Origin: Folioceros fuciformis
Lineage: Eukaryota
Direction: 5' to 3'
Length of the DNA: 64,000 nucleotides
Assembly (NCBI GenBank): GCA_049999805.1
Contig: JBNGIO010006303.1
Span: forward strand, 17,895 to 81,894
Of the stretch, positions 21,817 through 34,105 are shown in pieces; position 1 is the stretch's first letter, and each line of letters opens with the position of its first letter. The notes under the pieces are model-generated. The model did no database searches. It saw only the letters and a program-made list of their open reading frames with translations, and was not told the origin of the DNA. Made by a program: the position numbers and the translations under genes.

Positions 21817-24678
21817 CTAAAACGCACTCCAATCAAAGGAGGGTTTGGTTGTCTGTCCTCCTGGACCTTGCCCCGCAGTTGCACCAAATGGCCCTGTCCC
21901 CGCGAAAGGATCATCATCAAACGATCCAAACTTCTGGCGAGGATTATCTTTCGCGCTGCTGAATGAATCAAAGCGCATGAAAGTCTCACGGCTGGTATCC
22001 GTGCGTGCAAACGTCTTGACATGAGCAGGGCTCTCTGTGAACAGAGAAGTTCCAAAAGTACCACCAGCAGAACTGTTGAAGAAGTCGCTCTCATCTTTTG
22101 AAGAAGCAAATGACGTGAAAGATCCAGCAAAATTATCTGCCAAGGAATGTCCGTTGCCATGGTCAACCCTGCCTGGACTTGAAACATCCGAAGATCTGAT
22201 GTCTACAGGGGAGTCACCAAAAGCATCGAAGGTTCTTGGAGTGGGAGGCCCCACAACTTCCTTCTCAACAGGCTCTGGATCAAACTGATGCCGGTGAGAG
22301 AAGAGAGTGCTCTCAGCCACACTTTTTGGAGATCCATCCTCACTCTCAGCTCTGAAAGACCCACCAGTTGATGATAACTTCTCAGAAGCAGCGACGTGCG
22401 CACCATTCTCTGGCAGCTTTGAATCAGAAGGGAACTCAAAGCCATCATCGAAGAAGGTGCCGTCATCCCAGCTGATAGGTGCGCTTACATTGGTCGCAGC
22501 TGGAACAGGAGGAACAACATGGTTCTCTTCGATCTTGTCAGTTAGTTCCTGGCTTGGGGCTTCATCCACAGGCGTAAAACCCTCATCGTCAAATTTATCC
22601 CAGTCCTCATCCCACTCAGCCGCTGTCTCCTGAAGACCAGGCTGCCATCCAAACGGTGGCTCGACAGCCACAGAGGACTTCGCCTTCAAACCTAGGCGTT
22701 TAGCCCGCTCAGTGAAAGCTTTTCTCAATTCATCCAAATCCTGTGAGATGCGATCTGCCTGCTTCTGCAGTAGGACATTCCCATCCCCACCCTGGTCCAT
22801 CTTTGCAATAGCATGGTACAGATCCATCTTTCTTTGCTGTAAGTCTCGAAATGCAGCCTCTTCTGCTAGCAAACGAGAGTGAGACTCTCCACTTTGCTTA
22901 AACTTCTCATCGTACTTTTTAGACAGCGCCTCAACCTCCCGCTTGTCTGACGCAGCTCTCTCCACAGTTTCTGCCAGCCGGTTGTCACACCGAGTCTTGA
23001 AAAGTATGATCTCCTGCAACTTGGTCTTGTAAAACTCCATCTTCTCCTTGGAGTCCATGATGTCCCTGTCCATCTCGTAAGCCTTCTTCTCGGCATCTTC
23101 AGCCTCCTGATGCTTCGTCTTGAGTGCCTCCTGCTCATCTTTGTGCAACTGGGCAACTAGATGTGGCTCCAGAACCGGAAGTTTCGACTTGAACGCCCCC
23201 GCTTTGTCGGCCTCTGGAGCCACCACAGGACGCTGCACCTGAGGCTGGACAAAGCCTGGACCCTGCTGCTCAGGTCCAACAGACACCTGAGGCGGAACAA
23301 GGCCCGGAGCCCGCTGCCAAAGGGCCACATTATATCCTCCTGATTGATGAGACATCACCTCCTGTGCCTCAGCAACACGTTTAGCTGCTATTGATTGCCA
23401 CTCATCAGTGGCCGGCTCGTCCAAATGAAACCCAGGAGGCAGAACGGGTGGAATAGGCCGACCCTCCCTCCACCGATCCATAAGATACAGAGCCGTACAG
23501 AACTCTCTGAGCGACAGCATGCTGTCTCCATCCTGATCTGACAAGTCCCATACCTGCTTCAACACCTCCCTAGGCAGCTGCCAGCTGAGGAAAAGGTCTC
23601 GAGCCTCTGTACCGGATATTTTCCCATCCTTGTCCCTATCCACCACAGCAAACACCTTAGAGTACCGCTGCTTATCAGCCTGAGTCATCTTCGGCCAAGG
23701 GGCGGACGTCGGAGGAGGACCAGCCGTTGCAAGGGCAGAGCTAACCTCAGGAGGCCTGGCCGCAACACTTGGAGCAACAGTCCCGGACCCGGCCTGAGTA
23801 ACTGCTGGCGTAGTGGGAACAAGAGCAAGGCCAGCTTCCGCCTGGAAGGTAGACTCCCCGAAAACAGCTGCAGTGCTGCTCGCCTGCGTCTTCTGCTGCA
23901 CGGGTGCTGCCACAGGCTTCACAGAACTCGTGCTCAGAGGATCCAAACCACGCGACGGCTCGGAAGATGAGCCGATGCTGGTCGGAGTCACCTTAAACCC
24001 TGCCCCGGAAAATGCATCTAACGTATCCAAAGAAGGAGCAGAAGCTGCTGGCTTCCCCTGGAGAGCATTTCCACCGCCTCTCGGACTCGGGAGTTGGCCA
24101 CCCGCTGCAGATCCAGGCCCCNNNNNNNNNNNNNNNNNNNNNNNNNNNNNNNNNNNNNNNNNNNNNNNNNNNNNNNNNNNNNNNNNNNNNNNNNNNNNNN
24201 NNNNNNNNNNNNNNNNNNNNNCCCCTGCCCCTACTCTCAGCTGGCCCGGAGGAGGAGTCAGAGGCACAGGACGTGCAGAAAAACCAGGTGAAGGACTCGG
24301 ACCATAACTCTGCGGCTGCGGCTGCTGGGGCTGCTGCTGGGGCTGAGGAGCCAAGCCACCTGCAATACCGCCGGGAGCGGCTATCTTCGGAGGAGGAATC
24401 TGCGCTGCTGCAGGTCCGGCCAGAGCCGCGCGCACAATTTCATACGATAGCTCCCGCCCGGTCTGAGCCACCGTGACGAGCTTGAGAGCATTGTAGAATT
24501 CCGGCCTGGACAGAAACCCCCGCTGACCCTGGTCCGCAAATTGCCAAATCTTGGCTAGCGTCGCCTGCGGTAGATTGGCTCCCTGGAAGAATGCCACAGC
24601 CTCATTGCCGCTGATCTGGCCATCTCCATTCAAATCGGCTCGCCGGAAGTAGAGATCAAACACCTCCGGGTTGGCCAT
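21817..24678 (-). CDS. EH-domain (Eps15 homology) endocytic adaptor, AtEH1/EH2 (Pan1-like, TPLATE complex) homolog
   Basis: Two EH domains (FRRADLNGDGQISGNEAVAFF..LAKIW; WPKMT..DRDKDGKISGTEAR..LKQVWDLSDQDGDSMLSLREF), a coiled coil, WDEDWDKFDDEGF and the C-terminal WSAF. Uninterrupted ORF apart from a 100-N gap. Confidence 0.92.
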   Translation of the reverse strand: MANPEVFDLYFRRADLNGDGQISGNEAVAFFQGANLPQATLAKIWQFADQGQRGFLSRPEFYNALKLVTVAQTGRELSYEIVRAALAGPAAAQIPPPKIAAPGGIAGGLAPQPQQQPQQPQPQSYGPSPSPGFSARPVPLTPPPGQLRVGAGXXXXXXXXXXXXXXXXXXXXXXXXXXXXXXXXXXGPGSAAGGQLPSPRGGGNALQGKPAASAPSLDTLDAFSGAGFKVTPTSIGSSSEPSRGLDPLSTSSVKPVAAPVQQKTQASSTAAVFGESTFQAEAGLALVPTTPAVTQAGSGTVAPSVAARPPEVSSALATAGPPPTSAPWPKMTQADKQRYSKVFAVVDRDKDGKISGTEARDLFLSWQLPREVLKQVWDLSDQDGDSMLSLREFCTALYLMDRWREGRPIPPVLPPGFHLDEPATDEWQSIAAKRVAEAQEVMSHQSGGYNVALWQRAPGLVPPQVSVGPEQQGPGFVQPQVQRPVVAPEADKAGAFKSKLPVLEPHLVAQLHKDEQEALKTKHQEAEDAEKKAYEMDRDIMDSKEKMEFYKTKLQEIILFKTRCDNRLAETVERAASDKREVEALSKKYDEKFKQSGESHSRLLAEEAAFRDLQQRKMDLYHAIAKMDQGGDGNVLLQKQADRISQDLDELRKAFTERAKRLGLKAKSSVAVEPPFGWQPGLQETAAEWDEDWDKFDDEGFTPVDEAPSQELTDKIEENHVVPPVPAATNVSAPISWDDGTFFDDGFEFPSDSKLPENGAHVAASEKLSSTGGSFRAESEDGSPKSVAESTLFSHRHQFDPEPVEKEVVGPPTPRTFDAFGDSPVDIRSSDVSSPGRVDHGNGHSLADNFAGSFTSFASSKDESDFFNSSAGGTFGTSLFTESPAHVKTFARTDTSRETFMRFDSFSSAKDNPRQKFGSFDDDPFAGTGPFGATAGQGPGGQTTKPSFDWSAF
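24122..24221. other. Assembly gap (100 N)
   Basis: Run of N. Confidence 1.
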
Positions 24679-25235
24679 GGCCGGCATGGGAAGGCCGCAA
24701 CCCCTCCGCCCCTAGGAGGTCAAACGAGGGAAGCGGAGACACCGTAAGACCGCAGGCTGCGATACAAAGACACCCGGATCTGCTCCCCTCCTGAGACCTC
24801 GATGCGTCAGGGTTTCCGTTTCGCATCCATCTCCTCCTGCTCCCAGCTGAGCACACTGTCCCGCCAACACGCAGCAGGGAAGTATCGTGACGCCACTCCC
24901 CCGCGTTTCGCGAGCTTTTTCATCCAGAACGAAACGAGTTAGTCTACCACACGTTCGTCGCCCTAGGGCAGCAAACACATTTCACTTCACGCAACGCAGT
25001 ACGCAATAGGTAGGAAGAAGTTGAAGCAGCCAGCATCTGTTCGTACGCCCGTTGAGTCGAGTGAGAACAGAGCTGGACTCGATGGCAACGGGAATCGGAA
25101 TGGCAACGGAATGAAAGCGCCAGATGCGCGGTAACATTGAAACTTCTAGTAAGGAAAAACGGTGGGAAAAAAAGCCCAAGCAGAATGAGACAACCAAAGA
25201 CGGCCACGATTGGTTTGGTTGTAACGGTCCCACTA

Positions 25236-25335
25236 NNNNNNNNNNNNNNNNNNNNNNNNNNNNNNNNNNNNNNNNNNNNNNNNNNNNNNNNNNNNNNNNN
25301 NNNNNNNNNNNNNNNNNNNNNNNNNNNNNNNNNNN
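25236..25335. other. Assembly gap (100 N)
   Basis: Run of N. Confidence 1.
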
Positions 25336-25519
25336 CGGGGGTGGATAAATCCAATGTCGACCAGGTTGGCAGGATAGGAATGACGGGCGGACCTTGATCT
25401 AGGTAGAGTCACCTGCTTTGTGTCGTAGGAGGTGATGTGAGTTGAAGTGGATCAGGCAAAGTTGATGAGTGGCTGGTGGATTATGTACATACGGGCCGAG
25501 AATGCTGGATGTGGGAGGA

Positions 25520-27287
<1,768 letters not shown>

Positions 27288-27782
27288 CTTGCCGGACTCG
27301 GATGGATTCCAAAATCTGGACGACGGGAGAACCAGGCGCGTGGGATGAAAAATTCTGCGTCTGCTCAGCTCGTGTTCCAGACTCCGCGTCTAAGCGCTTG
27401 AGCTGGAGTTTTGTCAAGATCGTCGGATCATGGAGCGGCCGAGCTTCTTGTTCCGAACTCACCGCATCCGCACCGCTCTACGGTTCCATTGCCCGACCCG
27501 TCAGGACCGAGCCAGCCGCTTCCGGGGCAGGGGATGTGGCCGTTAGGCCGTTGCGTGTTATTCCGGGCCGGGTATGCGCCGGGTAAGAGCCAACCCACTA
27601 CGTCCCAGTTAGCGTTCCAGAACGCTCTCGAGCCCTAGCTTGGAAGAGCCTGGAAACGTGCAATTGGAGCCGCCCGGACCGAAAGCGGTATGGCTCGCTG
27701 AAGCGTCGGCTCGGATCGAGTTGAAAGGACTGAATACAGAGACGATGACAGTCTAACCGACGGAGACTTTCCTGTTGGAACC

Positions 27783-29400
27783 ATGGTGTGGTTCCAGTGC
27801 GAGGATTGCGGAGAGAGTTTGAAGAAGCCGAAGCTTCCGAACCATTTCCAGAGATGCTCTGCTTGGAAGGTGAGTGTTCGTTCTCCAGCTCGGGCGGCGT
27901 CGATGCGGTTGCAGGTGATGCGGTTTCGGATGATGCTGCATTCTGCCTGACCGGGGATTGCGCGGACTGGCAGCTTTCCTGCATCGACTGTGGAGTGGTC
28001 TTCGATCGACAGAGTGTCCTGCTTCACACCTCATGCGTTACAGAAGCGGTAGGTATCGGATTTTATGTCTTCGGAGGGATTGGCGCCCAGGGGTGTGCTC
28101 ATCTGCTGAGTTTCGTGACCCTGCTCAGGAGAAGTACGGTCCCAAAGGTGTGCCCGATGCGTCTGGACAGAAACCGAAGACTGGATCTATGCCAAGTTGT
28201 GAGGAGAGTGTGAAGCGTGGTTTGTCAACCAAGGCACCATGGTCATGCAGGTGAGTGTTAGTTGTTCTCGTTATCTTACTTGCAGTGTAGGGGACCTACT
28301 CTGGAGTGTGTGCTCGTCGTGTTGATTTTGTTTCGCTTTGTTGTAGCTTGTGCAAGATCACAGTATCGAGTGAGCAAACTCTACAAATGCATTCTGAGGG
28401 GAAGCGACATATGAGGATCTTTAGGGCTGCCCTTGGGAACGGCGCGGTAATGGCTGCCTCCAAGGATCTAACGGGGCGGAGTCCAAAGACCAATGCTCCT
28501 GCGGTGGATGCGACTAAAGTGTCTGAAGTTAGTCCCTCCGTTTTACCTGGGGATGAGACTGAGAGGGATTTAGGGTTTCAGAGCAACGAAGATGCAGTTG
28601 AAGGAGAGCAGGAGAGTGGGAAAAACTGCAAGAAGAAGAAGGAGACGACGCTGAAAGAAGAAAATCACGGACAAAATGGGGAGGCCGACAACGGCACCAA
28701 AGACAGCGGTGCTCACCTGGGAAACAAGAAGGCAGGGAAGCAGAGCAAGGCTGGGAAAGTCAAGTCTAGTAAGAAGGAGAACGATCCGCAATCCACGGGT
28801 GTTGATCCCACAGAAAGTGATGGGAAGAAACAGTCGGGCAAGACATCAAAGAAGCGGAAAGAGCACAGCAATGGGGCTGGTGATCAGAATTGCAAGGATC
28901 CGTCCAAGGACCCTGTTCTAGGTGGACAGAAGAAGAAGAAGAGGAAGACGTTGGAAGTAGAGAAGGACAGGGGAAACGGGGTGGCCGACAAGGCAGTCAA
29001 AGACGGCAGTAGTGGTCTCGGAGACGACAAGTCAGAGCAACAGAGTCAGGCTGATGAAGTGCAGGCTAGAAAGGAGAAAGATAGAGTGCAAGCAAAAGGC
29101 ACTAATGTCGTATTGGATAGTCGGGAAAAAAAGAAAAAGTTGAAAGTGAAAAATGAGAAGGAAGTTGGGCCGGTTGGCAAGGCGATCGAAGAAAGCAGTG
29201 GCAGTCTGGGAGACCTCAAGCCAGAACGGTCGAGCAATGCTGTAAAACTCGAGACTATTAAGACGGATATTGGGAAGAAAGAAGTAGGGAAGATATCGAA
29301 TAAGCGAAAAGAGCATGGCAGTAGTGCCGATGATGATGCCAAGGGTCCCCTGAAGGACCATCAAGGTGTGAAGAAGAAGAAGAATAAGCTTCAAGAGTGA
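27783..29400 (+). CDS. LYAR-type C2HC zinc-finger nucleolar protein with a U1-type zinc finger and Lys-rich tail
   Basis: [47 protein letters not shown], then [19 protein letters not shown]. Four exons. Confidence 0.88.
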
Positions 29401-29838
29401 CGGGCCTCATGGTAGTTGCCCTCAGCGAAGAGAACCTTAGTAGCTCAAAGTACCACCGACTTTTTGGTTCTATGAATGCCCAAGTCTCCAAATGGAGTAT
29501 TGTAGCGGGATTAGCTTGTTGGGAGTGTAATATATTGGCTCCCCGAGTTTAGGTGCAGTTCTAACTCTGCTAAGATGCAGCTCTGAGTAGGACCTTCAGT
29601 TTTGTCCGCGTCTGGAGGCGTCGAATGCCTTCGTTCACCAGTCTGGTGTTGAAATATATAGCCTTGACTGAGCGTATTAGGCCCGCCTCTTGTCCTATGT
29701 CTATCTAGTACGTTACTCGGGGAAGTGAAAGGGTAGATAAGCTTCCTTTGAAAACGGTGAGGATTTCCAGGGCAGCAGCTCTCATCAGAAGCCACAAGGA
29801 ATGCTGTAAGCGGTTGACAAGAAGCTTGAGGAGCGGCC

Positions 29839-31850
29839 ATGGCGGCGCTGAGGGCCGGGCCCTGCCCGCCTGCAACTGCGGTTCCCACGAGTCGAAGTGC
29901 CGGAGCTGCGGCTTCTGCTTCGGCCGATCTTCTGCCGTCGTGTCTCAGCTGCCGACCTCTCTGGCAGGGTTCATTGAGCGCGGCAGCGGCGGATTGCAGG
30001 GAAGCCGGGGGCCATGAATGGACTGGGAGCTTCGGCGCTGTCAGCACCGCCAGCTGGTTTGGTAGGACATCGCATGGCCACCACACCAACCGGGGCCTGC
30101 TTATTGTCGGCAGAGCTGGAGGGTCCAGGCCACCCGCTGGCGCCCGGCGTCCCCGTGTCAACACTCCTCGGAAGCCTTTGGAAGACAATGGACCGGCTTC
30201 TAAGAATGGCGTTCTTATCAATGGAGACATTAGGTGTGTAGTAGCTTGGAAAAATGGCCGACTATGGACATTTGCTGAATGGCCTGCAAGCCCGCGTAGA
30301 ATTTTTGGCTGTGATGGAAGTGTAAGATCACAGGAAACGAGAGTTTCATCAGCAGAGCTTCAACACATTTTGAGAGTAACTTCCAGTCAGGGTCGCAGTT
30401 CAAAGTCCTTCGGATTCATGAATCGCCTGTTGCTTGTGCAGAGCTCCAGTCGTCAGGCTTTTGGACGAAAAGCAAAACATGGTGAATTCTCATTTCTAAT
30501 CTAATGAGCGGAGAGTTTTTGTCCACTACTTCCTGTTGGACCTACTTCAAAACCTGGAAGAAGCATTGAAAGGTCATCCGATTGCAGTGCGATGTCGCTT
30601 ATGTTTCTTTGTGAAACACAGGTTGGTGTTGTTCCTCTTCAGGAAGCTATGTCAAGATCAAAGGAGGCAGAGCTCGATCTGGTATGGTCGTTCTCTTGCA
30701 GGTCTTTTTTGTCGCTGGAAGGTTGAGACGTGCCTAAACATCGGTGCAAGCGGATGGATAATGAAGGGCGTGTAAGCGTTTGTTGTAACAGGTGATGATA
30801 TCTCCCGATGCAGATCCTCCTGTTGTACGCATCATTGATTACAGGTGCTCCACTTTTTCTCAAAGGCCATCTCGTTATGTTGTTGACTGTTTGTCGTTCA
30901 CTGAGCGAGGTAACGTTTTGAGCAGTCTTCTGTTCGTGTGTATAAATGAGTCTGCGCTTTTGGTCATTATATGCGGTTTACGGCTGTGCAGCAAGTTTAG
31001 GTACGAGCAGCAGAAGAAGAAGAAGGACCAGCAGAAGAAGAGTTTAGGTACACTCCTGTGTGGCTAGTGGGACAGCCTATGTTTTAGCCAGGAACTTGAA
31101 GTATGTTGTCATGACTTGATTATGTGGTGCTTTGTCCAGCAAACCGAGTGGAACTGAAGGAGCTGAAGATGAGGTAACCATCCTAATTCATTCATGTTCA
31201 TGGTTGACAATATGCCTGCTGTGTGTTGACTTCGATTGTGGGTATATATTTCTTTGCAGATACAATATCGACAAGCATGATTATGATGTCCGGCTTCGAG
31301 CGGCCCAGCGATTCTTAAGGAGTGGCGACAAAGTAACCTTGTTTATCCTAACCCTCCGCCTTCCGTTCGACATTTATTTTCCCCAGAAAGTAAGCCCGTG
31401 ACATGTGCTGCAGGTTAAGGTCGTATGTCAATTCAAAGGCCGGGAATTCGAGTTTAAGGATCTTGCTTTCGAATTGTTCCAACGTTTCCAACAAGACACT
31501 GCCGAGGTCGGTATCTCGAGTTTTCCTTGTATGGTGTTCTGCCTCTAAGTGTGTAGCTATGATAAACATTCTTAGCGATGCAGGTAGGGATAGTGGAGGC
31601 GAAGATGACTCTGGAAGGGAGAAGTCTGTCAATGGTCCTGGCTCCCGACAAGGTTGCTCTTCTGAAGAGCACTACCAACAAAGACAAAGAGAAGGGGAAG
31701 GCTGCAAAGACTGACTCGGACTCAGATGGTGAGGACGAAGATGTTGAAGCGTTAAACAACATCGACGACAGCGATGCTGACGACGATGAGCCTGTCCATA
31801 ACGACGCGAAAGACTCCACCACGGAGAAAGAGACGGGAAGTCCCGTCTAA
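29839..31850 (+). CDS. Plastid translation initiation factor IF-3
   Basis: Transit peptide followed by [72 protein letters not shown], and an acidic tail. Confidence 0.9.
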
Positions 31851-32530
31851 GTAATTTTGCCGTATTCTTTTGTAACTCTTAGCTTCTTTACTTATGTCTT
31901 GCGGCCGATGCCAAAGACGTATTGTATCACTGAAGTAAAAACTTGATTGAGACGGAAACACGTAGTTGATGAAAATCTGTTAGTTCATTCAGTTCAGGAC
32001 TTGGACGTTCAAAAACGTGGCTTGCAGTACTCAATTCTTGTCATGAGAAGGTGATCGCACATAGTACACCAAAATGCTTTCTGAGCCGGGACAGGTAAGC
32101 CAAAACCAGGATGCCTGCCTCCTGAGCTGGGACGCAGGGGAGCACAGCTACCTGTGCTGCTTGAGGGATGAGGCTCGTGTTTCCACGCTCTCCACAACAA
32201 TGGTTTCAGGGACGAGTCTCCTCAAGGATCAGCGACGGCTTCTGAGCTAGAAGGATCATTGACTGTACAGGTGTTTTCAAGCAGTAATGTAGATGCTGTC
32301 AGGGCTTAGCTCCTGGGTCAGGGTGTGTGCTGTTCGGTAATATGAGTTTAAGTTAACAAGTTTTCTGTCAAGTCTCCCTTCCCGCTTCCCGGAGCTCCGA
32401 GAGTAGGACACATCGTTGCCGGTGTTGTGGAGGATTGCCGAACTTGTATCAATTGTGGAGCTGCAGAGCTGCTCCTGATAGCGCTAACGTAGCTTTTCAA
32501 TACATTGGCGTCATCGCATGTTTTGGAGTG

Positions 32531-33870
32531 ATGAAGTTAATAGCCAGCGACCCTGTAGTTCTGGGCCCTGCACCGACTCTTGTTGTGGTATTCTTTGAAT
32601 CCATGTGCGTGGTCATTCGGAGCGATCGATCAAGCTCACAGTCCACTCATGAACTGCAATTGTGTTGTGCGCTGTGTTTGTTGCAGCCTGCTCTTTCTAT
32701 TGGGAATGTCGGCCAATTGGGAGCAGATCTCCTGATCCACTCTCTCAAGCTGTCCAGGATTGCATATCTGGACTCTCCACTTGTGCTGCCGTGTGTTGGC
32801 AATGATCCTTTCAGTCCAGAGGCCGAGGGTAATCTGACAGTGGCACTCGAGGGTAATGCAGTCCGATTCCTTGCCCTCCGTGATTGTTATTCCGGTCTTG
32901 AGGGACATGTCCCATCGCACTAACCGGTGTCTGGGGAACAATGGCAGTGTTCGGGGGCGCAGGTACCCTGAAAGTCGTGCAGCAACGATCTCCAGTTCTG
33001 AAGGTTTACTATCGTCCTTCTTTCAGGAGTTTTCTGTGGTTTGCATCACAGGCACTGAAACCTAGTTGCCGTGTGGAGCAGGGCAAAATGTTGCAGTTTG
33101 CGGAGTCTCTGGCAACTTTGGCAAAGGAAAATGGAGTGAAGGAGGTGATCATCCTGTCCGGCATTGATATGGGCAGACACGATCGACGAACGTCGTCGTA
33201 AGTGTCCAGTTTGATTTTCATCTGTGTCGTGAGTTGTAGTCTGCTTTTCTGTTTCTGACAGACCGTATGAACAGCTCGCAGCTGCAGTATATATCAAGTG
33301 CAAACGAGGATGGCACGGATGCTCGTTGCGAGCAACTTGGTTGGCGAAAACTGGCAGAGTATTCACCAAATGCTGCTGAGTGGCGGCTGGACGTTCGTTT
33401 GCCTGCTGGTAGTCAAGTTTCTGCGAAACTTATTGACGACCCAACCCATTTTGCGAAAATGCCTTTCAATGCTTTACTCTGTGCTGCACAGGTGACCACA
33501 TTTGACAAGGCATCTCCTTCTCCTGTCAACTGCACTCAAGTAAGCACATGACACACGTGTAATTTGGTTGCAGGCACGCGGGGTGAAGGTGGTGTGTTTA
33601 CTGATGCCCTGCTCTGAGGGAGATAACACGCCGGATGCATTTGCCTTGGCCGAAGCTGTGACAAGGCTTGCAAGCTTGGACACTAAAGCTGCAGGTACGT
33701 GCGGAAGAAGCTCTTGGCTCAGACTTGTGGTCTGTGGAGAGGTACCCTTTGCGGACTCATAACTTTGGGTTCTGTTGTGGGATACAGGATTCGAGAATAT
33801 CGATTGGCGGATACCAAGCTCGTGGACAACCGTATATGGCCCTCCTCCGGATTCCAGCATCTACTGTTGA
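32531..33870 (+). CDS. PSMG2: Proteasome assembly chaperone 2 (PAC2/PSMG2)
   Basis: Motifs PALSIGNVGQL, VLPCVGND, VQQRSP, PCSEGDNTPDA and WRIPSSWTTVYGPPPD. Confidence 0.88.
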
Positions 33871-34105
33871 TATTTGAGCACACTGGTATGAGGGCACTAT
33901 CTAGGAAAGCATGAGGTTTCTCTTAGCAGACTCCCTCAATTTCCCTTCTGTTTTGGGATGCATGATTCGAACGCCTCAACTGGTATAACCCTACTTCGTG
34001 AACAACCGTCCATGGCCCTCAACTAGACATTAATTTTCACAGTTGACGATACACATTGGTACGAAAAAAGAATTACACTTCATTTTTGTACATAAAAGAT
34101 TACAG

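Noticed and set aside
29511-30230. 239-aa minus-strand ORF
   Set aside because: It is antisense to the GC-rich IF3 transit-peptide exon.
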